DNA of 32,000 bases from Planctopirus limnophila DSM 3776 (GTDB lineage: Bacteria > Planctomycetota > Planctomycetia > Planctomycetales > Planctomycetaceae), in NCBI RefSeq assembly GCF_000092105.1, contig NC_014148.1, forward strand, positions 3,330,001 through 3,362,000. The letters run 5' to 3'. Shown piece after piece: positions 1 through 8,253 of this stretch; position 1 is the first letter of the stretch, and the number at the start of each line of letters is the position of its first letter. The translations under genes were made by a program, and so were the position numbers. The notes under the pieces are model-generated. The model was not told the DNA's origin. It was given only the letters and a program-made list of their open reading frames with translations, and searched no databases.

Positions 1-197
1 ATTTCGCGACCATTGGTTTTCACCATTGGTTGACCGCTGGTGCGATCAATATGAACCTCGATGACTTCTTCTTCACCAAAGTGCTTCCGCGCAGCCGAAA
101 GAATGGCTTGCTCCACCCCTTCGAAGACAATTTCCTTGTCGATGCTCTTATCGCGATGGATCGAATCCACGATCCGCAGCACTTCATTGCCGTTCAT
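1..197 (-). CDS. nusA: Transcription termination/antitermination factor NusA, N-terminal part (5' partial, runs off the window)
   Basis: Reverse-strand translation from the ATG at 197-195 gives [65 protein letters not shown]. This matches the NusA N-terminal domain pattern (E. coli [37 protein letters not shown]...). It is absent from the ORF track because it is cut by the window edge. Confidence 0.8.
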   Translation of the reverse strand, partial: MNGNEVLRIVDSIHRDKSIDKEIVFEGVEQAILSAARKHFGEEEVIEVHIDRTSGQPMVKTNGRE

Positions 198-544
198 GAC
201 AACCCTCTTGATGAACTCGCTGACAAACAGCAGATTAGATCACAGAACTAATGGCTCGACATCACGATGATGGCAAACCGCCAGACCTGACGAACCCTTC
301 ACGAACTGCTCAGCAAAACCGGGCAATCGACGTGAAATTGTCGAAAAACCTGGAGTCGCTATTTTTGCAGGCACCGTCATCCCGATTCACCAGTTGCCTC
401 AACAGCACCTGCAGACAAACCTGATGGCATCACCAGCAAAAGCCGTTCGCTCACCCCACTGAATGCAACGCCTTATTCATGCCCCCGAAAACAAAGTTGT
501 TCCCGGGATCAAAGTCCCCTAAAACAAAAAAAGCAGGGAATGCC

Positions 545-781
545 CTACTTTTCTGCGGCAGCACCCGCTGCATTGGGTTCAATAATCGCGTGCCGCTCTT
601 TCCGCAGCCCGCGCTTGGCGTGAGCTAAAAGAAAGAGACTGGCAGCACGGCGAACGCCAGCGATGGAAAGCCGAAACTCACCATCGTTGTACACCAACAC
701 CAGCCATGATCGCCTCCGCAGAATGTCAGCAGGCCCTCCACACAATGTTACCACTGCACGAAAGAACAGCCTGATAAACAC
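545..781 (-). CDS. Hypothetical small protein (78 aa)
   Basis: Open frame only, with no motif I recognise. A weak hairpin (AGGG-AATG-CCCT) overlaps the stop and is followed by a U-run on the minus strand (A-run 521-532 on the plus strand), which gives slight support for a transcript end. Confidence 0.3.
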   Translation of the reverse strand: MFIRLFFRAVVTLCGGPADILRRRSWLVLVYNDGEFRLSIAGVRRAASLFLLAHAKRGLRKERHAIIEPNAAGAAAEK

Positions 782-1223
782 AGAACATCCTTACTATTGC
801 CAAAGTACAAGTGCCGACAGAGAGTGTCAAGCCGCAGCAACTGTGGGCAACAAATGATTTAACTGTTCAGAGCCACGCCACGACCCGACATACCTCGACC
901 GGCTCTACCATGAACCAGAACTTGTGAAGTTTGAATTCGCGGAGAATAAAAATGGATTCTCCACAGCGAGAGACTGACTCCCCAAGAGCAGCGGAATGAA
1001 CCAATCTGGGAGAAATGGAAATTCTGCAAAAAGTTTAACGCCCATCTCTTTGCCTCCAATTTCTATATTGCCTGAAAATACTGAACACGCAGGGGCCGAT
1101 TTACCCGTTCCTGCTATTGTCTCCCATTGACGGATTTCGTCATAAATGGCAACGATCAAAAGTGTTTGAGCAAAGCCGCCTGACGGGCCGCAACCAGAAC
1201 CTTCCGCAGGAGCCAATAAATCC

Positions 1224-2867
1224 ATGACCACATTTCAGCAAGAGTCGGGCCAGTTCGTTTCCATCCACTCTTTGAAACATTCGGTTCCCGCCATACGGTT
1301 GGCAGGCCGCCGCTGGCTGGCCGGCTGGTCTCCCCGGGTTGTTGTACTGGCATTCGCCTGCCTGGCTGATGCCGGCGTGACAGATGCCTTACTGGGAATT
1401 GAAAACCCAAACTCCCGTTCGATGGCACAAGCCCAATTGTTTCGCCCATCGACAAGGCCACCAGGTTCTTCGACAAATCCACCCACTCCTCCTGGAACAC
1501 CGGGTGCCAATGTGATGACTGCTCCAGCAGATCCGATGCAGGCTGAAACCGAGGCGGCCTATCAGCGCGGTGATTTCCCCAAGGCTCTCCAACTGGCAGA
1601 AGCCATGCTCGCCCGTAATCCGAACAACGATATTGCGATTTACCTGAGAGGTTCGGCCCGCGTGGAACTCGGCATCCAGCAGCAGGATCTTGAACTCATT
1701 CGCAGTGGCATCGAAGACGCCCGCTCAGCACTCAAAGTCGGCGGCACAGATAAGATCAATTATTACCTCCCTTATCTCTACGGCATGACAGCATTAGCGG
1801 GCTTGGAAGAAAAACGGGAGCATGCCGAAGTCGTTATCAAGTTTGCCGACAGTATTCTGGCCCGGCCCAATTTACGCCCCGAAGAGCGGGCGAATCTGCA
1901 ATATCAGAAAGCCGGCGCTCAGGTTTACCTCAAGAATACCGAGCAGGCGATTGCTTCTTATCTGGCGGCCATTCAATCCAGCCCACAACATCTGGGCGCA
2001 CATGTCGCTCTGGCCAGTGCTTATGCAACGGCTGGAAAAATTGCAGAGGCGGAAGCCGCCTTCTCGAATACAACACGCGTCTTCCCTAACAACCCGCTCG
2101 TATTTAACAACCGTGGCATGTATTACCAGCAGCAGCGAAAGCCTAAAGAGGCCATTGCCGATTTCTCACGGGCAATCCAACTCGACCCTCGCTTTTATGT
2201 CGCTTATACGAACCGTGGTTTTACCTATCTGAACGATGGTGAAAACCCGGCAGCAGCCATCGCTGATTTTACAGAATCGCTCAGACTCAACCCTCAGCAG
2301 CCCGGGATCTATAGCTTGCGAGGGGCCGCAAAATTGCAGCAGGGCAAACTCAACGAAGCACTGGCTGACTATAACGAGACATTGCGACTGGATCCTAAAA
2401 ATCCAATTGCAATGGCAGACATCGGCTTCACCAAGTTCTTCAGCAAGGATTACCCAGCCGCACTGGCTTCGTTTAATAATGCCGTACTGGAAGATCCCAA
2501 CCTTCGCTATCTGAATCCCTGGCGATACCTTTCCATGGCCTACGCAGGACAGGAAGGTGCTGCAGCAGCCACTTTCTCAGACAGTCTCTCGAAACCTGTC
2601 GACAAGCGAGACTGGATGGATCAACTGGTGCTCTTCCTGGCAGGTAAGATCAGCGAGCAGGAACTCTTCAATGCGGCTGAGCCGAACGACCTGAACCTGA
2701 GAAATGCCCAGTTCTGCGAGGCCTATTACTTTATTGGTCAGCAGCGATTGCGCGCAGGTAATACAGCGGGTGCCAACCAGTTCTTTGAGCAGGCCCTGGC
2801 AACCAAGGCCAGATATCTTTCTGCCTATCGAGGTGCTGGCTTCGCTCTGGGCAAGTTCGCTCAGTAG
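1224..2867 (+). CDS. Secreted TPR-repeat protein
   Basis: 547-aa ORF. The N-terminal hydrophobic segment RRWLAGWSPRVVVLAFACLADAG is followed by a Pro/Thr-rich linker. There are many 34-aa TPR-like units (e.g. AIADFSRAIQLDPRFYVAYTNRGFTY, AIADFTESLRLNPQQPGIYSLRGAA, ALADYNETLRLDPKNPIAMADIG). Confidence 0.85.
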   Translation: MTTFQQESGQFVSIHSLKHSVPAIRLAGRRWLAGWSPRVVVLAFACLADAGVTDALLGIENPNSRSMAQAQLFRPSTRPPGSSTNPPTPPGTPGANVMTAPADPMQAETEAAYQRGDFPKALQLAEAMLARNPNNDIAIYLRGSARVELGIQQQDLELIRSGIEDARSALKVGGTDKINYYLPYLYGMTALAGLEEKREHAEVVIKFADSILARPNLRPEERANLQYQKAGAQVYLKNTEQAIASYLAAIQSSPQHLGAHVALASAYATAGKIAEAEAAFSNTTRVFPNNPLVFNNRGMYYQQQRKPKEAIADFSRAIQLDPRFYVAYTNRGFTYLNDGENPAAAIADFTESLRLNPQQPGIYSLRGAAKLQQGKLNEALADYNETLRLDPKNPIAMADIGFTKFFSKDYPAALASFNNAVLEDPNLRYLNPWRYLSMAYAGQEGAAAATFSDSLSKPVDKRDWMDQLVLFLAGKISEQELFNAAEPNDLNLRNAQFCEAYYFIGQQRLRAGNTAGANQFFEQALATKARYLSAYRGAGFALGKFAQ

Positions 2868-2886
2868 TATTATATATTCGAATAAA

Positions 2887-3002
2887 CAACTGCGCGGCGG
2901 GTGGCTGGGGTTGAGTCTTCGAACCCCCAGCGATTTTTGGCACGGACTGGGGGTTCGCGAAGACGCTCAACCCCAGCCACCCCATAACAAAGAGCGCAGT
3001 TG
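2887..3002. repeat. Long imperfect palindrome (about 41 bp can pair across 116 nt), REP/MITE-like or a structured RNA
   Basis: Outer stem CAACTGCGC (2887-2895) pairs with GCGCAGTTG (2994-3002). Middle stem GGGTGGCTGGGGTT (2899-2912) pairs with AACCCCAGCCACCC (2969-2982). GAGTCTTCG pairs with CGAAGAC..CTC with two CG bulges. Inner stem AACCCCCAG (2922-2930) pairs with CTGGGGGTT (2947-2955), closing a 16-nt loop. Confidence 0.7.
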
Positions 3003-3043
3003 AATACTGGAATCCGTAGAGTCTTGATCTTCTTGAATAAAAA

Positions 3044-3080
3044 AGCATCGCATGGACAAACTCCATGCGATGCTTTGTTT
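3044..3080. terminator. Bidirectional rho-independent terminator between the convergent TPR and KS-like genes
   Basis: Perfect 13-bp stem AGCATCGCATGGA / TCCATGCGATGCT with loop CAAAC. It is flanked by an A-run on the left (AATAAAAA) and a T-rich run on the right (TTGTTT). Confidence 0.8.
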
Positions 3081-3185
3081 AAGCAATGAAAAGTGCGGCG
3101 TGCCGTTCGAGATCCAACTCTCGCCAACACAATATCAGATCATGTGGACACTCGATTGGAAGTAGCGTTCAGTTCGATTTCGAAG

Positions 3186-4532
3186 CTATTCCACTTCGAT
3201 AATCACGGCCGCTGCCTGACCTTTGCGAGTCACGTTCATGGACACAAAGGTCTTCAGCGCAGGACTCACGCCAGGCTCTGTCACAATCGAAACATCGCAG
3301 GCGGGATCGGGAGTCTCGTAGTTCAAAGTGCGCGGGATAAACCCTGCTTTCACACCAGCTAACGAGGTCATTAATTCTACCAGTCCCGAGCCTGCGGAAG
3401 AGTTGCCGACATAACTCTTGGGAGCGGTGACGGGCACGCGGTAGCTGCCAAAGACTTCGTTAATCGCGCGAGCTTCCGCGGCATCAGCTTCTGGCAGACC
3501 AGCCGCATGAGCGTTGTAATGGCCAATATCGGTCGGTTCGATTTCCGCACTTCTCAAGGCGGCCTTGAGAGCACCCTTCACCGCATCCTGGTAACGGGGT
3601 TCGCCATCAGGATTCACACATGTGGCAGCTCCTGTCGAAAGGATTCGCCCGTAGATGGTGGCACCACGCGCCTCCGCATGGGCTCTCGTTTCCAGAATCA
3701 ATGTTCCAGCCCCTTCCCCGACCACAAAACCATTTCGGTCTTTTTCGAATGGTCGCGATCTTCTGGCTGGCTCAGCCGGTGAGGAGGCCAACAACGTTTT
3801 GACGAGTGCCAGGTGCAGCGCACGCACTGGATGTGAATACGAGCCTGTGGCACCTGTGATCATGATATCTGCCGCACCGCGCTGAAGAATGCGGACGGCC
3901 TCACCGATCACCACATTTCCTGAAGCTTCATCGAGTGTCAGCGAGTTGCTGGGGCCGCGAGCATCGGAAGCAATACTGATATGACAGGCTGGCATGTTCG
4001 GCAAATAGCGGAGCAGCCATAGTGGCTCCATTTTACTGTAGCCCGCTTCTCCCCAGCCTTTGAAACTCGCATCACCGGTGATTTCACTCATCGCGACGGC
4101 CGGGCCACCCAGCACAGCCGGTTCGCTGAGCATCAGGTTGGCACCGAACTCCACACCCATCCGCGTATGATCGATGGTTTCGAGATTTAATTTGGAATCT
4201 TCCAGAGCCATCAGAGCGCTGGCCACACCGAGCTGAATATCTCGGCACATCAGCTTGATGCTTCGCCGGACTTCCTTCAGATAGATTTTTTTGGCAGTTT
4301 CTTCGTTGAAATCACCGATCTCAGCAGTCACGGCATCAGGACTGGCGAATCCCGGGAAGAATTTCGACTTCGAGATTCCGGTGGCCCCGGCACGCAAATT
4401 GTCTGTTAAGGCCGACAGACCAATTCCGACGGGACTCACAATTCCCACGCCAGTAATGACAATATCTTGTGCGCTCTTGCTCTTTAAGGACATGGCGTGC
4501 GTCTTATCTCCAACTGTCAATGCCTGGGCCAA
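3186..4532 (-). CDS. Beta-ketoacyl synthase-like protein (FabF/KAS I-II fold) lacking the nucleophilic Cys, a CLF/KSQ-like paralogue
   Basis: It aligns along its length to the fabF in this window (IVITGVGIVSPVG, RPFEKDRNGFVVGEGAG, NAHAAG). The active-site segment reads TLDEASGN where FabF has ATACASAS. The second His is Asn (SYVGNSSAGSG versus SQLGHLLGASG). The ATG at 4493 (MSLKSKSAQDIVITG) is an alternative start. Confidence 0.85.
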   Translation of the reverse strand: MAQALTVGDKTHAMSLKSKSAQDIVITGVGIVSPVGIGLSALTDNLRAGATGISKSKFFPGFASPDAVTAEIGDFNEETAKKIYLKEVRRSIKLMCRDIQLGVASALMALEDSKLNLETIDHTRMGVEFGANLMLSEPAVLGGPAVAMSEITGDASFKGWGEAGYSKMEPLWLLRYLPNMPACHISIASDARGPSNSLTLDEASGNVVIGEAVRILQRGAADIMITGATGSYSHPVRALHLALVKTLLASSPAEPARRSRPFEKDRNGFVVGEGAGTLILETRAHAEARGATIYGRILSTGAATCVNPDGEPRYQDAVKGALKAALRSAEIEPTDIGHYNAHAAGLPEADAAEARAINEVFGSYRVPVTAPKSYVGNSSAGSGLVELMTSLAGVKAGFIPRTLNYETPDPACDVSIVTEPGVSPALKTFVSMNVTRKGQAAAVIIEVE

Positions 4533-4698
4533 GAGCTGCTATCAAACTCACATCACCAGACGAATATCGAACGCCAGAGGTGTGAAAACTCAACAGTTCT
4601 CACCTGCTTGTTCGCGTTACAAAGAGCAAAGAGAGTCGATTCCCAATGTTTTTGCAACCCTATCCGGGCAACTGGCTGTCTCGACTGATTCTAAGGGA

Positions 4699-5286
4699 TT
4701 ACCGCCATAAATTATAGCGCTGCATGGCCTGAATCACTCGATCGGAGACACCCCGGTTTCGCAGTTCGATAATTCCTGCCGGTGAAAGTTGAAAATGGCC
4801 CCTTCGATCGGCCAGCGTACTGATGATCAATTCATCAGTGATACCGGCGTGAATCATCTGCAGTACATCATGTTCCGTCATGGCACGGCCATGCACATGC
4901 ACAAATGCTGCTTCCTGTGCCGATGTCTCCAGACTGACGGCCCGGCTGACAGCCACATCGTCCGCATGACCAACTGACGCACCCAATGCTGTACCAATGA
5001 CAGTACCTGCCACAAGTCCGGTTTTTGGGTTACCAGTGGCGGCACCGACTAATGTCCCGGCGACTGCGCCAAATGTGCCCCCAGCGAGTGCACCGTGACG
5101 AGTTCCATTCATGTGCGTGCAACCAGCCTGAGAGATCGACACAGCACATAACAAGAAACAGCATAGCCACTTGGAGCACGCATCTCGCGAATCATCCCGA
5201 GTGTTACTGCAACCACTGGCCAAAGCACCAGTTTTTACTGGAAAGTTCATCCCTGAACCTTTCGTGCTCCCCTGCTGGCATGACAA
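4699..5286 (-). CDS. Lipoprotein with a glycine-zipper segment and two C-terminal helical repeats
   Basis: Lipobox-like SISQAGC follows the hydrophobic stretch KWLCCFLLCAV. The glycine zipper is GALAGGTFGAVAGTLVGAATG...GLVAGTVIGTALGASVG. Two similar C-terminal modules are present (MTEHDVLQMIHAGITDELIISTL and LSPAGIIELRNRGVSDRVIQAM). The start is uncertain (5286 or 5250). Confidence 0.7.
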   Translation of the reverse strand: MSCQQGSTKGSGMNFPVKTGALASGCSNTRDDSRDACSKWLCCFLLCAVSISQAGCTHMNGTRHGALAGGTFGAVAGTLVGAATGNPKTGLVAGTVIGTALGASVGHADDVAVSRAVSLETSAQEAAFVHVHGRAMTEHDVLQMIHAGITDELIISTLADRRGHFQLSPAGIIELRNRGVSDRVIQAMQRYNLWR

Positions 5287-5383
5287 ATCAATCGCTCTAT
5301 CGAATGCAAATGCGATGCGCAGTCGCTGTCAGCACAGCTTGCGCAAGATCGAGTTGGCAATCGTTACAGCAGTCCTGCAGGAA

Positions 5384-6622
5384 TCAGATGCGACCCACAA
5401 CAAGACAGGCGTTGTGGCCACCGAAACCAAAGCTGTTGGAAAGCATGCACTTGACTTCACGCTCACGAGCCACGTTCGGCACATAATCGAGCTTGCAGTC
5501 AGGATCCTGGTTATCGAGATTAATCGTGGGTGGAATAATTCCCTGCAGACAGGTCATCACTCCAACCACAAACTCGACCCCACCACTGGCACCCAGAAGA
5601 TGACCTAACTGGCTCTTCGTACTGGAGACACAGACGGTTTTCGACTCTTCGCCAAAAACTGTCATAATGGCGTTGGATTCGGCTTTATCGCCCAGGGGCG
5701 TACTGGTTCCATGAGCGTTGATGTACTGGATTTGAGATGGATTCAACTTCGCATCGCGAAGCGAATTTGCCATCGCACGGGCAGCACCAGCTCCCTCAGG
5801 ATCGGGGGCTGTCATGTGGTTGCCGTCAGACGACATCCCATAGCCCAGCACTTCGGCCAGGATTTCGGCACCACGGGCTTTGGCATGCTCATATTCTTCG
5901 AGCAACACCACACCGGCACCCTCAGAAAGCACAAAACCATCACGATCACGATCGAATGGTCGGCTGGCACACTCCGGGGAATCCAGACGTGTCGAAAGTG
6001 CCCCCATACGGGCAAAACCCGACAATCCCATAGGTGTAATGGCGGCTTCACTGCCACCCGCAATCATGACATCAGCCATATCCGACTGGATGACACGGAA
6101 GGCATCACCAATGGCGTTCGAAGCCGATGCACAAGCGGTGGCAACTGCACTGCTCGGGCCTTTCAATCCATAATAGACTGAAAGATTCCCACTGGCGGCA
6201 TTCACCATCAGCTTGGGGATCATAAACGGGGATACTCGGGACGGACCTCGATCGAACAGCCTTGCATGCTGCTCTTCGATTTCGTTCAGCCCCCCAATAC
6301 CGCTGCCGACAATTACGCCACAGCGGTATGGATCTGTATAGGATTTAAAGTCGATCCCCGACTGCTTGATCGCCTTGTCTGCTGCCGCCATGGCAAACTG
6401 ACAAAAGCGATCCAAACGCTTCATTTCCTTGGGATCAAAGTGTTCTTCGGGGTGGAAATCTTTAATTTCCCCACCAAAGTTGACTTTGAATTCCGATGGA
6501 TCAAAGCGTTCCAGCCGAGACACACCGCTCTTGCCGCTGCAGATATTATCCCAGAATTCACTGAGATCGCAGCCCAAGGCAGTGACGACCGACATCCCTG
6601 TCACGACGACTCGTCTAGCCAT
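5384..6622 (-). CDS. fabF: 3-oxoacyl-ACP synthase II
   Basis: 412 aa. The Cys-His-His triad contexts are intact (ATACASASNAIGDA, INAHGTSTPLGD, KSQLGHLLGASG) and the C-terminal NSFGFGGHNA motif is present. Confidence 0.95.
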   Translation of the reverse strand: MARRVVVTGMSVVTALGCDLSEFWDNICSGKSGVSRLERFDPSEFKVNFGGEIKDFHPEEHFDPKEMKRLDRFCQFAMAAADKAIKQSGIDFKSYTDPYRCGVIVGSGIGGLNEIEEQHARLFDRGPSRVSPFMIPKLMVNAASGNLSVYYGLKGPSSAVATACASASNAIGDAFRVIQSDMADVMIAGGSEAAITPMGLSGFARMGALSTRLDSPECASRPFDRDRDGFVLSEGAGVVLLEEYEHAKARGAEILAEVLGYGMSSDGNHMTAPDPEGAGAARAMANSLRDAKLNPSQIQYINAHGTSTPLGDKAESNAIMTVFGEESKTVCVSSTKSQLGHLLGASGGVEFVVGVMTCLQGIIPPTINLDNQDPDCKLDYVPNVAREREVKCMLSNSFGFGGHNACLVVGRI

Positions 6623-6625
6623 CCG

Positions 6626-6862
6626 TCATTGCTTTTCTGAAATGTACTTAACTGCATCACCAACTGTTTTGATTTTTTCGTAATCTTCGTCAGGAATCTG
6701 AATACCAAATTCGTCTTCAAATTCCATAACGAGCTCTACGACGTCCAAAGAGTCAGCCTTCAGGTCGTCGATAAACGAACTCTCCAGCTTCACGTCTTCC
6801 TTGGCGATGCTGAGTTGCTCGCTGACAATTGCGATGACTTTATCTTCTACCGACGACGACAC
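6626..6862 (-). CDS. acpP: Acyl carrier protein
   Basis: 78 aa with the phosphopantetheine site [24 protein letters not shown] start preceded by GAGGAG. The stop lies 3 nt from the fabF start. Confidence 0.95.
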   Translation of the reverse strand: MSSSVEDKVIAIVSEQLSIAKEDVKLESSFIDDLKADSLDVVELVMEFEDEFGIQIPDEDYEKIKTVGDAVKYISEKQ

Positions 6863-7076
6863 GCCAATCTCCTCAAGCCGCTTGATTCGTAGATCGCCTT
6901 TAGGCTCCCATCACGTTGTGAAGAAGACTTCACCCGCTTGGAGGCGAGAGACTAACGGCTTTTCTACATCGTGTAAACCACAACAATCACCCGTTTTGTC
7001 AGATTCGTATTCCGAATCTGCACGCCTCGACCGGGCAATGTTGACTCCACCTCGCAAAAGGCACAATTTTCACAAC

Positions 7077-7991
7077 TCAGGATACACTATCGTTCACAGT
7101 TTCGCAGTTCGCTTTGCGATCAATTCGCTTGAGTAGTCCCTTCAAAACTTTGCCTGGGCCAATTTCATAAAATGTTTCCACACCTTCCGCCAGTAACTTT
7201 CTGACAGAGGACTCCCACTGCACAGGTTCAGTGACCTGTTTGATCAACAACGATTTCAGTTCTTCCGGCTCAAAATGGGCTGTGGCATCCACATTCGAGA
7301 TCACGGGAAGTCGGGGGGATTTCAAATTCACCGCACCAATCGCCTGAGCCAATTCCTCACAGGCCGAGGCCATCAGTGGTGTATGAAACGCACCGGCAAC
7401 AGCTAGTGGAATCGGCCGGCCTCCGGCCGCTTCAATTCTTTCTGCCGCTTTGGAACAGGCCGCTTTCTCTCCCGAGAGAACTGTGTTACCCGGACACAGA
7501 TAATTGGCAATCCAGATCTTCCCTGCATCCTGAGATTCAGACACCACCTGCTCGACCTGGGCTGGCTCCAGAAGCAGCGCGCTGACCATTCCCGAAGGCG
7601 TCGCATCGGCGGCAGCCTGCATCGCGCGACCACGCACAGCGACCACCTTCAAACCTTCTTCAAACGTCATGGCTTCAGCGAAAACCAGAGCGGTATATTC
7701 GCCCAGGCTCAGGCCGGCACTGGCCACACACGATTCCACTAAGGCGGGCTGCTCAATTTTCAGCGATTCCAATGCCGCCAGACTTGCGACAAACAATGCC
7801 GGCTGGCTGATCACCGTGCTATCCAGTTGTTCTTGCGGCCCTTTCTCGCAGACCTCCAGCAGATCGAAACCCAGTATTTCTCGGGCCTGGTCAAACAAAG
7901 CTCGCGCTGCGGGATACTTCGCACTCAGGCCGACACCCATCCCCAGATGTTGAGCCCCCTGTCCCGGAAAAAGAAATGCAACCTTAGCCAA
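7077..7991 (-). CDS. fabD: Malonyl-CoA:ACP transacylase
   Basis: AFLFPGQGAQHLGMG N-terminus and active-site GLSLGEYTALV. TTG start. Confidence 0.93.
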   Translation of the reverse strand: MAKVAFLFPGQGAQHLGMGVGLSAKYPAARALFDQAREILGFDLLEVCEKGPQEQLDSTVISQPALFVASLAALESLKIEQPALVESCVASAGLSLGEYTALVFAEAMTFEEGLKVVAVRGRAMQAAADATPSGMVSALLLEPAQVEQVVSESQDAGKIWIANYLCPGNTVLSGEKAACSKAAERIEAAGGRPIPLAVAGAFHTPLMASACEELAQAIGAVNLKSPRLPVISNVDATAHFEPEELKSLLIKQVTEPVQWESSVRKLLAEGVETFYEIGPGKVLKGLLKRIDRKANCETVNDSVS

Positions 7992-8253
7992 CGGTGAACC
8001 TGCCTTCTATCGAATTCCATGATCTCTGGAATGGAAAAACCTCTGAATGTCAGCAGATTCTCAACTTCTCGCGAGCTTCGCAAGTTACAGGAAGATTTCC
8101 CAAGACCGTATGGAACGTCAACATGATTGGACGGGTCGGAAAGGACTGAATCCTCTGCTCAGAACCGAGTGCGAGAGACACAGAGAGGCTGCAAACGAAG
8201 CACGCAATTTTCTGTGAGAAAAATCTGCCTCAGTGATCTGTCGCAGGGCAAAC

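Noticed and set aside
30-270. Plus-strand ORFs 30-251 and 61-270.
   Set aside because: They are antisense to a clear NusA N-terminus on the minus strand and have no motifs.
545-781. Possible GIY-YIG (UPF0213) similarity of the 78-aa ORF (WLVLVYNDGEFRLSIAG...RRAASL..H).
   Set aside because: The defining Y-x-G-x-T-x-D and R...E/H spacing are not actually present. The resemblance is superficial, so the ORF is kept only as a low-confidence hypothetical.
905-1231. 108-aa and 66-aa minus-strand ORFs, and a 7-bp hairpin (GGAGAAT...ATTCTCC, about 944-965), in the 440-nt spacer upstream of the TPR gene.
   Set aside because: The ORFs use atypical AT-rich codons, have no motifs and overlap the TPR start. 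The hairpin has no U-tract. I treat the region as a divergent promoter region.
5711-6181. Several ORFs of 80-156 aa inside fabF, plsX, the KS paralogue, motB, mch and others, on the opposite strand or in alternative frames.
   Set aside because: They overlap confidently identified genes, have skewed compositions (Arg/Ser/His/Cys-rich) and carry no recognisable motifs. They are ordinary shadow ORFs of a moderately GC-rich genome.
8066-8075. The 10-mer TTCTCGCGAG in the plsX-fabD spacer recurs in both arms of the 28602-28638 hairpin.
   Set aside because: There is only one extra occurrence, it centres on the self-complementary CTCGCGAG, and no further copies were seen in the window. That is too little to call a repeat family without a genome-wide count.
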